Assembly (NCBI GenBank): GCA_037481835.1
Contig: JBBFKW010000015.1
Coordinates: 32,001 to 96,000 of the forward strand
DNA: 64,000 bases
Direction: 5' to 3'
DNA from: Desulfosoma sp.
GTDB lineage: Bacteria > Desulfobacterota > Syntrophobacteria > Syntrophobacterales > DSM-9756
The notes below the pieces were generated by a model that ran no database searches, was not told the DNA's origin, and saw nothing but the letters and a program-made list of their open reading frames with translations. Below, piece by piece: positions 1-9,137 of this stretch (the stretch's first letter is position 1; each line of letters opens with the position of its first letter). The position numbers and the translations under genes were made by a program.

Positions 1-493
1 CGGCGGAACGGCCATCATGTGGCGCACGGGTCATTCCCTGATCAAGGCCAAGATGAAGGAAACCGGGGCCGATCTGGCGGGGGAGATGAGCGGCCACATG
101 TTCTTCAAAGACCGCTACTTCGGATTTGACGACGGAATCTACGCCTCGTGCCGGCTCCTGGAAATCCTGGCTCGAACCCGCAAGAGAATTCCCGAACTCT
201 TGGAAGGGGTGCCGGAGACGGTGACCACGCCCGAGATCCGGGTGGCGTGCCCCGACGAAATCAAGTTCGCGGTGGTGGAACGGGCCGTGGCCTATTTCAA
301 GAAGGAAGGCTACGACGTGATCGATGTGGACGGGGCGCGCATAGTGTTCCCGGACGGCTGGGGGCTGGTGCGGGCTTCCAATACCCAGCCGGTCTTGGTC
401 CTTCGCTACGAGGCGGAAACCGAGGCGCGGCTCAAGGAAATCCAAAACCTCATCGAAGAAACCATCGAAAAGATTCGATCGGGGGCCTTGTAA
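1..493 (+). CDS. phosphomannomutase/phosphoglucomutase, C-terminal part (starts before window)
   Basis: GEMSGH sugar-binding motif, FDDGIYA, and C-terminal WGLVRASNTQP, typical of AlgC/ManB family. Confidence 0.9.
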   Translation, partial: GGTAIMWRTGHSLIKAKMKETGADLAGEMSGHMFFKDRYFGFDDGIYASCRLLEILARTRKRIPELLEGVPETVTTPEIRVACPDEIKFAVVERAVAYFKKEGYDVIDVDGARIVFPDGWGLVRASNTQPVLVLRYEAETEARLKEIQNLIEETIEKIRSGAL

Positions 494-504
494 GCCCCCC
501 GGAG

Positions 505-1818
505 CTAGGCTTTGACGATCTTTTCACGCCCTTCCGTGACGTGCTTCGTGGCATTTCGGGTGTCGATCACCAAGGGGGCGTGGCGCACAATCCAGGGATA
601 GTCGTAGGCGCTGTGGTCCGTCAGGATGACCACGGCCTCCACGGACGAGAGGGTCTCTTCCGTCAGCGGCACCGATTCCTGGTCGAAGCGATGCTTGCGG
701 CCGGGTTTCAGTTTGGGGATATGAGGGTCGTTGTACAGCACGACGGCCCCCCGGTCCTGCAAAAGCTGCATCACTTCGTAGGATGGGGACTCGCGGTCGT
801 CGTCGATGTCCTTCTTGTAGGCCACCCCCAGAATGAGGATGCGCGAGCCTTTGAGGCATCGGCACCGGTCGTTGAGGGCCTCCGTGATGCGCTCCAGCAC
901 GTAGTAGGGCATGGAGACGTTAACTTCCCCGGCCAGCTGGATGAAGCGGGTGGCGAAGTCGTATTCCCGGGCTTTCCACGACAGGTAAAAGGGGTCGATG
1001 GGAATGCAGTGACCGCCCAGGCCGGGCCCGGGGTAAAACGGGGTGAACCCGAAGGGCTTGGTGGCCGCCGCTTCAATGACTTCCCAAATGTCGATCCCCA
1101 TGCGGAAGGCCAGGACTTTGAGCTCGTTGACCAGGGCGATGTTGACGCTGCGGTAGATGTTTTCCAGGAGCTTGGTCAGTTCTGCGACACGGGTGCTGGA
1201 AACGGGCACGACCCGCGTGACGGCGTGGCCGTAAAGGGCCTTGGCGCATTCCAGGCAGGCCGCAGTGACCCCGCCCACCACCTTGGGAATGTTTCCCGTA
1301 TGGAAGCTCGGGTTGCCGGGATCTTCCCGCTCCGGGGAAAAGGCCAGGAAGAAATCCCGGCCCACGCGGAGCCCCGTGCGCTCCAGCTTGGGCAGCATGA
1401 GTTCTTCGGTCGTTCCGGGATAGGTGGTGCTTTCCAAAACCACGAGATGCCCCGGGCGCAGGTGCTGCGCGATGGTTTCCGTGGTGCTTTCAATATAGCG
1501 AAGATCGGGTTCCATCTTGTCCGTGAGGGGCGTCGGCACGCAAATGACGATGCAGTCCGCTTCACGAAGTCGTTCGAAGCTGATCGTGACATCCAACTGC
1601 CCGGCTTCGAGAAACTTTCGGACGGGCTCGATGGGAATATGACGGATGTAGCTCTTGCCGTGGAGCAATGCGTTGATCTTGGCGCTGTCCACATCGAAGC
1701 CGATGAGAGGAAATCCGGCTTCGCCGAAACGGATCAGGAGGGGGAGCCCCACGTAGCCCAGACCGATGATTCCCACGACAGCTTTTCGCTCTTGGATCTT
1801 TTGAAGCAGTGCTTCCAT
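505..1818 (-). CDS. nucleotide-sugar dehydrogenase (UDP-GlcNAc/UDP-glucose 6-dehydrogenase family)
   Basis: GIIGLGYVG Rossmann motif, ICVPTP, ESTTYPG, GGHCIPIDP catalytic Cys; ATG at 1818 preceded by GGAGG. Confidence 0.92.
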   Translation of the reverse strand: MEALLQKIQERKAVVGIIGLGYVGLPLLIRFGEAGFPLIGFDVDSAKINALLHGKSYIRHIPIEPVRKFLEAGQLDVTISFERLREADCIVICVPTPLTDKMEPDLRYIESTTETIAQHLRPGHLVVLESTTYPGTTEELMLPKLERTGLRVGRDFFLAFSPEREDPGNPSFHTGNIPKVVGGVTAACLECAKALYGHAVTRVVPVSSTRVAELTKLLENIYRSVNIALVNELKVLAFRMGIDIWEVIEAAATKPFGFTPFYPGPGLGGHCIPIDPFYLSWKAREYDFATRFIQLAGEVNVSMPYYVLERITEALNDRCRCLKGSRILILGVAYKKDIDDDRESPSYEVMQLLQDRGAVVLYNDPHIPKLKPGRKHRFDQESVPLTEETLSSVEAVVILTDHSAYDYPWIVRHAPLVIDTRNATKHVTEGREKIVKA

Positions 1819-1907
1819 AGGTGAGCAGCCTCCGTTGTGTGTTGATTTTTCGAACGAGGAAAAGGTGACATTGGGACGCATTGTGCCCAAGGAGAAGGCA
1901 AAGAGCA

Positions 1908-2894
1908 ATGGAGAAAAACGCACGCGGTTCTTTTCGGTGTCTTGTGACGGGAGCGGCGGGTTTCGTCGGAAGCCACCTGTGTGAAAAGCTTTTGGCCCTA
2001 GGGCATACCGTGGTGGGCGTCGATAATTTCTTTTCCGGACGTCGCGAGAATCTCGACTCCTTCTCGGCCCATCCCCGGTTTTTTTTCCACGAAAGATCCA
2101 TCGTGGAACCGGACCTGCTCGAGGAGCTCCATGCGGCCCACGGCCCCTTGGACACCGTGTTCCATTTGGCGGCCATCGTCAGTGTGCCCTATTCCTTGGA
2201 TCATCCTGAAGAAACCTACGACGTGAATTACCGAGCCACGGTCCGTCTGTTGGACGAAGCCGAAAGGCTTCGGGTGCGTTCTTTTGTGTTCGCGGGTTCC
2301 GCGGCCGAATACGGGACTCAGGATCGAATGCCGCTTCGTGAGACCGATGCCGGGGACGGCACCCGATGGCTCAGCCCCTACGGAGAAGCCAAGTACCGAG
2401 CCACCATGGCCGTGGCCTCCCGCCGAAGCCCCCTGCGAGGGGTGTCCCTTCGATGTTTTAATATCTACGGGCCCCGCCAGGACCCTTCCAGCCCTTACAG
2501 CGGCGTCATTTCCCGTTTTGTGGACATGGCCGTGGCCGGCAGGCCTTTGACCGTCTTCGGAGACGGACTGCAGACCCGGGATTTTGTGTTCGTGGATGAC
2601 GTGGTGGCTGCCTACTGTCAGGCGGCGGGAGCTGCGGATGGAGCCGGAAGCGGTCCCTGCGGGATCTATAACGTGGGTTCGGGCCGACCTACGGCTGTCC
2701 TGGATCTTGCCCGTTTGATTTGCCGCTTGACAGAGCGTCCGGAATCCATCACGTTTTGTCCAGAACGACCCGGGGACATCCGACACAGCACGGCAAGCAT
2801 CCAATCCGCCTTGCGAGAATTGGGCTGGGCGCCCCGGATCGGCCTGGAAGAAGGCCTGAGACGAACCATTCAGTGGATGCGGGGTGCCGCGTAA
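1908..2894 (+). CDS. NAD-dependent epimerase/dehydratase (UDP-glucose 4-epimerase-like)
   Basis: TGAAGFVGSH, YxxxK (YGEAK), FNIYGPRQ, GDGLQTRDF. Confidence 0.9.
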   Translation: MEKNARGSFRCLVTGAAGFVGSHLCEKLLALGHTVVGVDNFFSGRRENLDSFSAHPRFFFHERSIVEPDLLEELHAAHGPLDTVFHLAAIVSVPYSLDHPEETYDVNYRATVRLLDEAERLRVRSFVFAGSAAEYGTQDRMPLRETDAGDGTRWLSPYGEAKYRATMAVASRRSPLRGVSLRCFNIYGPRQDPSSPYSGVISRFVDMAVAGRPLTVFGDGLQTRDFVFVDDVVAAYCQAAGAADGAGSGPCGIYNVGSGRPTAVLDLARLICRLTERPESITFCPERPGDIRHSTASIQSALRELGWAPRIGLEEGLRRTIQWMRGAA

Positions 2895-2957
2895 CTCTTG
2901 GAGGTCAGAGCCTCTCCCAATGTCAACGGAAGTCAGAAAAAAACGAAGGAGGGAGCT

Positions 2958-3773
2958 GTGAAGAAGGCGATCTTTTTGGGTGTGGCGTGTCTTGCGGTGG
3001 CGGTTTTGGTGATGACCTGCAAGCCGTCCGGAGACGGCGGCAAGCTGCCGGTGAGTCGGGCCCTCGAACCGTATCGTGCTGTGGACTTCAGCCATCTCCT
3101 GGGCATGGAAGGCTTCAGCGACGCCCTTCTCAGGATGCATTTCACCCTGTACCAAGGCTATGTGGCCAATACCAACGCCCTCTTGGAGAAGACCCGGGCC
3201 TTGGCCAAGGAAGGCAAGGCCGACGGTCCGGAATACGCCGAACTGAAAAGGCGGTTGGGCTTCGAATTCAACGGCATGAAGCTTCACGAGTACTACTTCG
3301 GCAACTTGGGTGGATCCGGCGTCCTGCCCAAGAACAACGCCCTCTATGCGGCCATTGAGGAAAACTTCGGCAGCTTCGAAAACTGGAAGGCGGATTTCAT
3401 CGCCACAGGAAGGATGCGCGGCATCGGCTGGGTTGTTCTGTACCAGGATCCGGCCACGGGCCGTCTTGTGAACACGTGGATCAACGAACACGAAACCGGC
3501 CATTTCGTCGGCTGTGTGCCGCTTTTGGTCATGGATGTCTTCGAACACGCCTACGTAACGGACTACGGTTTGGACCGAAAGGCCTATATCGAGGCCTTTT
3601 TCAAGAACTTGAACTGGAAAGTGGTGCTCCAAAGGTTCGGTCTTGAAGTGAACGAAGCCGATTTTCCGAAGCCACCGACGCAAGCCGGCGCCGCCAAGGC
3701 AGAGGAGGCCGGCCCGGCCAAGGCTGAAAAGACCTCCGCGGAACCGGCGCCGCCCAAGGAACAGAAATCGTGA
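2958..3773 (+). CDS. Fe/Mn superoxide dismutase with N-terminal signal/lipoprotein peptide
   Basis: Metal ligands in HFTLYQGYV, LHEYYF and MDVFEHAY; GTG start after AGGAGG; hydrophobic N-terminus ending VMTC. Confidence 0.88.
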   Translation: MKKAIFLGVACLAVAVLVMTCKPSGDGGKLPVSRALEPYRAVDFSHLLGMEGFSDALLRMHFTLYQGYVANTNALLEKTRALAKEGKADGPEYAELKRRLGFEFNGMKLHEYYFGNLGGSGVLPKNNALYAAIEENFGSFENWKADFIATGRMRGIGWVVLYQDPATGRLVNTWINEHETGHFVGCVPLLVMDVFEHAYVTDYGLDRKAYIEAFFKNLNWKVVLQRFGLEVNEADFPKPPTQAGAAKAEEAGPAKAEKTSAEPAPPKEQKS

Positions 3774-3785
3774 GGAACAAGGGCT

Positions 3786-3816
3786 GCAGGTCGGGGTGAG
3801 GGCAGCGAACCCCAAC
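3786..3816 (+). repeat. GTAG-type REP palindrome (degenerate copy)
   Basis: gcaggtcggggtgagggcagcgaaccccaac matches the consensus gtaggttggggtgagcgcagcgaaccccaac, seen 6 more times in the window. Confidence 0.75.
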
Positions 3817-3934
3817 AATAACGGTAATCCTTACCCCGGGTAGAAATCCTTGCCTCATCGGCGACCCGCTCGGCTTCAAGAAGTCGGCCGAAGCGGGATT
3901 CTTTTTCCCCATAGCGAGGATCCCGGCTGGAGAG

Positions 3935-6541
3935 ATGGTCATGGAAAGCATCGTGGAATCCCTGAAGAAGCAAAGGGAGCAGGTTCTGCACAGTTCGGAC
4001 GAGGAGACGCTGCGGCGGCATATGAGCCTACTGGAGATCGCCGTCATCAGCCTCCACAACCGATTGGTCAATCGCATGGCGTCGGAATCGGAACGGTTCC
4101 GATCCAGCGGCGCCATTGTGGCCATGGGGAATTTGGGCCGCGGTGTGTTGGGCCCCCAAGATCCTGTGACTTTGTTATGGCTCCGTACGGAAACCTTTCC
4201 CTGGGACGAAACGGCCCAGCAGGAAATCACCGCCCCGCTGGTGGAAGCCGGGTGGCGGGTGAGCCTGCGCTGCGCGACCATTCCCGAGCTCCTTGAAGAG
4301 GCGGAATCGCACCTGGCGTTTTTTTTCGAACTCCTGGACGCGCGGTACCTTTCCGGCAACCGCCAGTTGATCGGGGAGCTGGATCATGCCCTGGATGATT
4401 TCATCGCTGAGCATCAGCAGGTCCTTTTCGATGAGCTCTACGTGGGGATTCGAGGTCGCCATGCACGGTTTTCCAAGGCCGAAGACTGGCTGGAGCCCGA
4501 TGTGCTGGAGAGCCCCGGAGCCCTCAGGGACATTGACTCCATTCGTTACGCCGCACGCATCCTATTGGATGTGCGCTGCTTCGACGACGCCATCTTTCAG
4601 GGTTACCTCACGCGAAAGGAAGTGGACCGGCTGCAAGGCGCCGAAAAGAAGCTTCTCAAGTGGCTGAACCTGCTTCGAACCGTCAAGGGGGACCGGCAGA
4701 GCGTGCTGGATTTTCAGGTTCAGGAAATCCTAGCGGAAAAATTGGGCTACAGCGGACGGTCCGGGTTCCTTCCCGTGGAATCGTTCATGCAAGAAGTCCA
4801 TGAGACCCTCCATGAAGTGTTCTGCGTCAGTTCGGAGTTTTGCGAGCGACTCCAGGAGACGGGAAAGATCGCAAGCGCCCCGGCGCCTCCCGCCGAGCGC
4901 GTCCATGTGGAAGAAGGGATGAGCCTCCTCGGCGGGAGGCTCCACGTGGATCCGGCGCGTTATGAACCGTCGGCGGCCAACGTGATCCGTCTCTACAGCC
5001 TGGCCGCCCGCCACAAGGCTGGTTTTTCCAGCGCCACGCGCCGGTGGCTGCACCATCACCGCAGCGTGGTGGAAACCGCCGCCGCCGATCCCGGCGTCCA
5101 GGAAGCCTTCCTGGACCTGGTGGCCTCCGATGACGGCCACCTGTCCGTCGTCCGAAGGTTTTACAACGACGGGTTTCTACGGGCTCTTGTTCCGGAAACG
5201 GCCTTGGTCCACGCCCTGGTGCAGCATGACGCGTTCCATGTCTATCCCGTCCATGAACACCACCTGAGGACTCTTCGGGAAATTAAGCGATTGCAGGCGG
5301 GCGAGTATCGCGACGAGGAGCCGGAGCTGACGGTCTTGGCGCAGGAGACGGCCGAGAACCGGTGGCTCCTGCTGGCGGCCTTGTTCCACGACATCGGCAA
5401 GCACGTGGGAAGCCGTCACGCCAAGCACGGAGCCGACATGTTCCCGCTCATCGCACGGCGCCTCGGCTTGAGCCCCGAGGGCACCGAGCTGGTGACCTTC
5501 CTCATTCGCCATCATCTGCTCCTGATGGACACCGCCTCCATGAGGGACCTGGGGGACATGGAACTCCTCGTGCAGTGTGCCCGGACCGTGGGGGATCCGG
5601 AAAAACTGCACCTGCTCATGATCTTGAGCTTTGCCGACATGATGGCCACGGGCCCCCGTGCCGCGCAAAAGTGGCGGGAAACCCCGGTCCGGGAGCTGTA
5701 CCAGCGGTTGGCCGATCTTCTGGAGAAGGGAGAGCCCGGTGAGGAGATCCTGGCGGAACGTGTACAACGCCTGAAAGAGGCGGTCTTCGAAAGGGTGGCC
5801 GACCTGGTGGATCGATCCCGCCTGGAAGAGCATTTCCGCGACATGCCGCCGCGCTACGTGCTGACCAGTTCGCCGGAAGCCGTTGCCCGGCATTTGAGGT
5901 TGGAAATGGAGCTCGGCCCTGAACCGGACGCCTTCGTCTGGGAAGTGCAGAAGGAAAACGGCGGCGTGGAAATCACGGTGCTCAGTCGGGAAATGCCCGG
6001 GTTCTTGGCCAAGTCGGCCGGGATCCTCACCCTGCACGATTTGGATATCCGGGATGCCAGGATCTTTACCAAGAAAAACGGGGTGATGATCCTCGTCTTT
6101 CGGTGCGGTTTCGTTTCGTCGTCGTCGGTGGAACCCGATTGGGCCTTGGTGCGGGCCGACTTGCGCCGACTCCTGGAAGGCCGGCTGGCCCTGGATTATC
6201 GGATCGCGTTTCACGCCGCTACCAGAGGGGCGGGGCGAACTCACCCCTTGATTCCCAGCCCCAGCCGTGTTCTGGTGGATAACGAGTCGGCGAGGGAATA
6301 CACGATTGTGGAAGTGTACACCATGGACCGCCCCGGGCTCTTGTACACCATCACGCGCACGCTGCTGGATCTCCAGGTGCGCATCTACGTGGCCAAAATC
6401 ACCACCAAGGTGGATCAGGTGGCCGACATCTTCTACATCAAAAATCACCGGGGGGAAAAGGTGACCGACCGGGAACAGGTGGAGGAACTCCGTCGGGCCC
6501 TGCTCTTTTATCTGGACGGGCCGCCCCGGGCGGCGACTTGA
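3935..6541 (+). CDS. glnD: GlnD-like protein (NT-like, HD and two ACT domains) with degenerate nucleotidyltransferase site
   Basis: QHDAFHVYPVHEH and FHDIGK (HD domain), DRPGLL ACT domain, KITTKVDQVADIFY C-terminus. Confidence 0.85.
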   Translation: MVMESIVESLKKQREQVLHSSDEETLRRHMSLLEIAVISLHNRLVNRMASESERFRSSGAIVAMGNLGRGVLGPQDPVTLLWLRTETFPWDETAQQEITAPLVEAGWRVSLRCATIPELLEEAESHLAFFFELLDARYLSGNRQLIGELDHALDDFIAEHQQVLFDELYVGIRGRHARFSKAEDWLEPDVLESPGALRDIDSIRYAARILLDVRCFDDAIFQGYLTRKEVDRLQGAEKKLLKWLNLLRTVKGDRQSVLDFQVQEILAEKLGYSGRSGFLPVESFMQEVHETLHEVFCVSSEFCERLQETGKIASAPAPPAERVHVEEGMSLLGGRLHVDPARYEPSAANVIRLYSLAARHKAGFSSATRRWLHHHRSVVETAAADPGVQEAFLDLVASDDGHLSVVRRFYNDGFLRALVPETALVHALVQHDAFHVYPVHEHHLRTLREIKRLQAGEYRDEEPELTVLAQETAENRWLLLAALFHDIGKHVGSRHAKHGADMFPLIARRLGLSPEGTELVTFLIRHHLLLMDTASMRDLGDMELLVQCARTVGDPEKLHLLMILSFADMMATGPRAAQKWRETPVRELYQRLADLLEKGEPGEEILAERVQRLKEAVFERVADLVDRSRLEEHFRDMPPRYVLTSSPEAVARHLRLEMELGPEPDAFVWEVQKENGGVEITVLSREMPGFLAKSAGILTLHDLDIRDARIFTKKNGVMILVFRCGFVSSSSVEPDWALVRADLRRLLEGRLALDYRIAFHAATRGAGRTHPLIPSPSRVLVDNESAREYTIVEVYTMDRPGLLYTITRTLLDLQVRIYVAKITTKVDQVADIFYIKNHRGEKVTDREQVEELRRALLFYLDGPPRAAT

Positions 6542-6561
6542 ACGGCCGAGGAGAAAGCCCC

Positions 6562-7584
6562 ATGTCTCTCTATATCCGCCGCACCCGCGAAGGGCGCCAA
6601 ACGCATTACGTGCTGAGGGAGTCCTATTGGAACGGGTCGTGTTTTGCCGCGCGAAACATCCTGGATTTGGGCACCGATCCGGCGGAGCACATCGTCTATG
6701 CAGGCGGCAACGGATTCTACTTCAGCGATGCGGTGGAAGAGGCTTTCTCCCGAATGGGACTCGAAAGGGAAACCGAAGATCTGGAACAGGCTTTCCTCAA
6801 TTACCTGGATCCGCACATCCGCCGCATCATCGAAAATTTCACCACGGGAAGATCCCCGGCCCATCCCTCATGGAATTCCGAGCAACTGGCCCATCGGCAG
6901 CGGTTTCTCCATCCGTTCGACAAGCGCCGCATGCATTTCCTCCGGTGCGGTCGGATCGACATCGGCTCCTTGGACGGCCGCAGCTGGAAGTTCTTGAACG
7001 TTCTGTGCGACAAATGCCGGGATGAAATCGAGCATGTCATCGAGGGGTTGGAAAAGGATCTCAGGCCCCAGGAACGGCGCAATTATCTCTTCACGGCCCT
7101 GGAACTCCAGAGGTACTTCCCCAGCCACCTTCTCAAGAACAATCCGGCCGCGTTGGATCCCCAAAAGGTGGATGCGTATTTCCTGGAAGAAATCTGCAGG
7201 CTGAACGAGGATCCAACGTTTTTCGTGGGCGTCGAAGACCACAGTCCCAAGAGGCTCCATCCCTATCTCGTGAAATACGTCATCATGTATTTCGATCACA
7301 CCTTCACGCCCCAGTCTCTGTGGGAACGGATCTTCGAGGACTTCGTGAGGCAGCGGCAGTTTCGTTTTCAGCCGGCGGCGCGCCCAGGCCTTTCGGAAGA
7401 GGAGGCGTGCGCCTGCTTAGGGTTGCATCCCAAAGAATACCGGGCCATGAGCGCCCAGGCTCTGGCCCGGCATTATCGAAGGCGGGCGAAAAAACATCAT
7501 CCCGACGCGGGCGGAGACCACGAAACCTTCATTCGTTTGTCCCAGGCCTACGAGTGCCTCGCTCGGAAAAAAACGCGGGCCTGA
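6562..7584 (+). CDS. protein with C-terminal DnaJ (J) domain
   Basis: C-terminal YRRRAKKHHPDAGGD...FIRLSQAYE with the HPD motif. Confidence 0.75.
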   Translation: MSLYIRRTREGRQTHYVLRESYWNGSCFAARNILDLGTDPAEHIVYAGGNGFYFSDAVEEAFSRMGLERETEDLEQAFLNYLDPHIRRIIENFTTGRSPAHPSWNSEQLAHRQRFLHPFDKRRMHFLRCGRIDIGSLDGRSWKFLNVLCDKCRDEIEHVIEGLEKDLRPQERRNYLFTALELQRYFPSHLLKNNPAALDPQKVDAYFLEEICRLNEDPTFFVGVEDHSPKRLHPYLVKYVIMYFDHTFTPQSLWERIFEDFVRQRQFRFQPAARPGLSEEEACACLGLHPKEYRAMSAQALARHYRRRAKKHHPDAGGDHETFIRLSQAYECLARKKTRA

Positions 7585-7621
7585 ACGGGGCTAACGGGTT
7601 CGGGTGCCGCTTCGGCATTTT

Positions 7622-8578
7622 TCATCGCAGTTCGCACTGCAGGAGGTCCTGGACCACGCTGTAGGGGTCCGTTTCCCGGGCGGTGACTTTGCGCACCAGG
7701 TCGTCCAGGCTCACCCCCCGGCTTTCCATGCGCCGAAGGAGTTCCGCAAGCGCTTCTTCCCGCAGGGTTTCCAGGAGTTGCGTCTTGGCTCGCTTCTGGG
7801 TGACCGCTTCCCACTGACTCCGGTCGTTTTCCAAAAGGTATTGGCGATGGCGTTCCACGGCGTCCATGAGTTCCGGGATGCCGCGTCCTTTCAGCGCCTC
7901 GGTTTCGATGATCGGCGGCTCCCAGTGCTGGTCCCCGAGGCGGCGCAGTCCCAATTCGATGAGGTTTCTCAATTCGCGCACCGTCTTGCGGGATCCTTCC
8001 CGGTCGGCCTTGTTGACCACGAAGATATTGCCGATTTCCATGATCCCGGCCTTGATGGCCTGGACTTCGTCGCCCATGCCCGGAATGGTCACGAGCACGG
8101 TGGTGTGGGCGCAATTGGCGATGTCCACCTCGTCCTGCCCCACGCCCACGGTTTCCACCATGATGATGTCCTTGCCCATGGCATCCAGGACGGTGATCAT
8201 GTCGTTGGTGGACTTGGTGAGCCCCCCGAAGTGGCCGCGGGTGGCCAAGGAGCGGATAAAGACGCCGCCGTCCAGGAAATGGCGCTGCATGCGGATGCGG
8301 TCGCCGAGAATGGCGCCTCCGGTAAAGGGGCTTGTGGGGTCGATGGCCAGGATGCCCACGGTCAGGCCCTTCTTGCGGTATTCCATGGCCATCTGGTCCA
8401 CGAGGGTGCTCTTGCCGACCCCGGGGGATCCCGTAAATCCCAATATGTACGCCCTGCCCGTATGAGGGTAGAGTTCCTTGAGGATTTCCCGGGCGGACGG
8501 CATCTGGTCGTCGATGTCGCGCAGGAGACGCGCGACGGCCCGCACGTCCCCCGCGAGGATTTGGTCCACGATGCTCAT
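7622..8578 (-). CDS. meaB: MeaB/ArgK-type GTPase chaperone of B12-dependent mutase
   Basis: GSPGVGKST, DPTSPFTGGAILGDRIRM, ETVGVGQ, NKAD. Confidence 0.93.
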   Translation of the reverse strand: MSIVDQILAGDVRAVARLLRDIDDQMPSAREILKELYPHTGRAYILGFTGSPGVGKSTLVDQMAMEYRKKGLTVGILAIDPTSPFTGGAILGDRIRMQRHFLDGGVFIRSLATRGHFGGLTKSTNDMITVLDAMGKDIIMVETVGVGQDEVDIANCAHTTVLVTIPGMGDEVQAIKAGIMEIGNIFVVNKADREGSRKTVRELRNLIELGLRRLGDQHWEPPIIETEALKGRGIPELMDAVERHRQYLLENDRSQWEAVTQKRAKTQLLETLREEALAELLRRMESRGVSLDDLVRKVTARETDPYSVVQDLLQCELR

Positions 8579-8593
8579 GGTCCGTGTCTCTTC

Positions 8594-9013
8594 CTAGGCG
8601 ACCATCGCCTTGCGTGGTTTCACATGGGTGCGGACCCACTGGACGATGTCGTCCAGTTTGGCTCCGGGCTCAAAGATTTCCTTGATGCCGATGGCCTTGA
8701 GTTTGGGGATGTCTTCCAAAGGGAAAATGCCGCCGCCGATGACGGTGATGTCTTCGGCGTTGTTTTCCTTCAAAAGTTCCATGATCCTTGGGAAAGAATA
8801 GCGGTGGGCCCCGGAAAGAATGCTCAGGCCGATCAGGTCCACATCCTCCTGAATGGCCGTGCTCACGATCTGTTCAGGCGTCTGATGGCATCCGGTGTAG
8901 ACCACTTCAAAACCTGCATCCCGGAAAGCCCGAGCGATGACGCGGGCCCCTCGGTCGTGTCCGTCCAATCCCGGCTTGGCGATCAATATGCGCAGTTTCC
9001 TTTCTTCAGCCAT
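8594..9013 (-). CDS. B12-binding small subunit of acyl-CoA mutase
   Basis: [10 protein letters not shown] (DxHxxG), SILSG, GGGI motifs. Confidence 0.93.
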   Translation of the reverse strand: MAEERKLRILIAKPGLDGHDRGARVIARAFRDAGFEVVYTGCHQTPEQIVSTAIQEDVDLIGLSILSGAHRYSFPRIMELLKENNAEDITVIGGGIFPLEDIPKLKAIGIKEIFEPGAKLDDIVQWVRTHVKPRKAMVA

Positions 9014-9137
9014 GGAAACCATCCCTCCTGTGTCGTCGTCGTTGACCGTTGATTCTGCATTCGAAGCCGCCCGGGGCAGGCCTCCGGCGCAAAGGCGGAA
9101 CACCGCCGCCCGGCCCCGGCCTCATGGATGCCCAAAG

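Noticed and set aside
148..1824. 558-aa + strand ORF and many similar long ORFs (e.g. 1998-3818, 7604-9052, 12001-13743, 60446-62026)
   Set aside because: Antisense shadows of well-supported genes in high-GC DNA; no recognisable motifs
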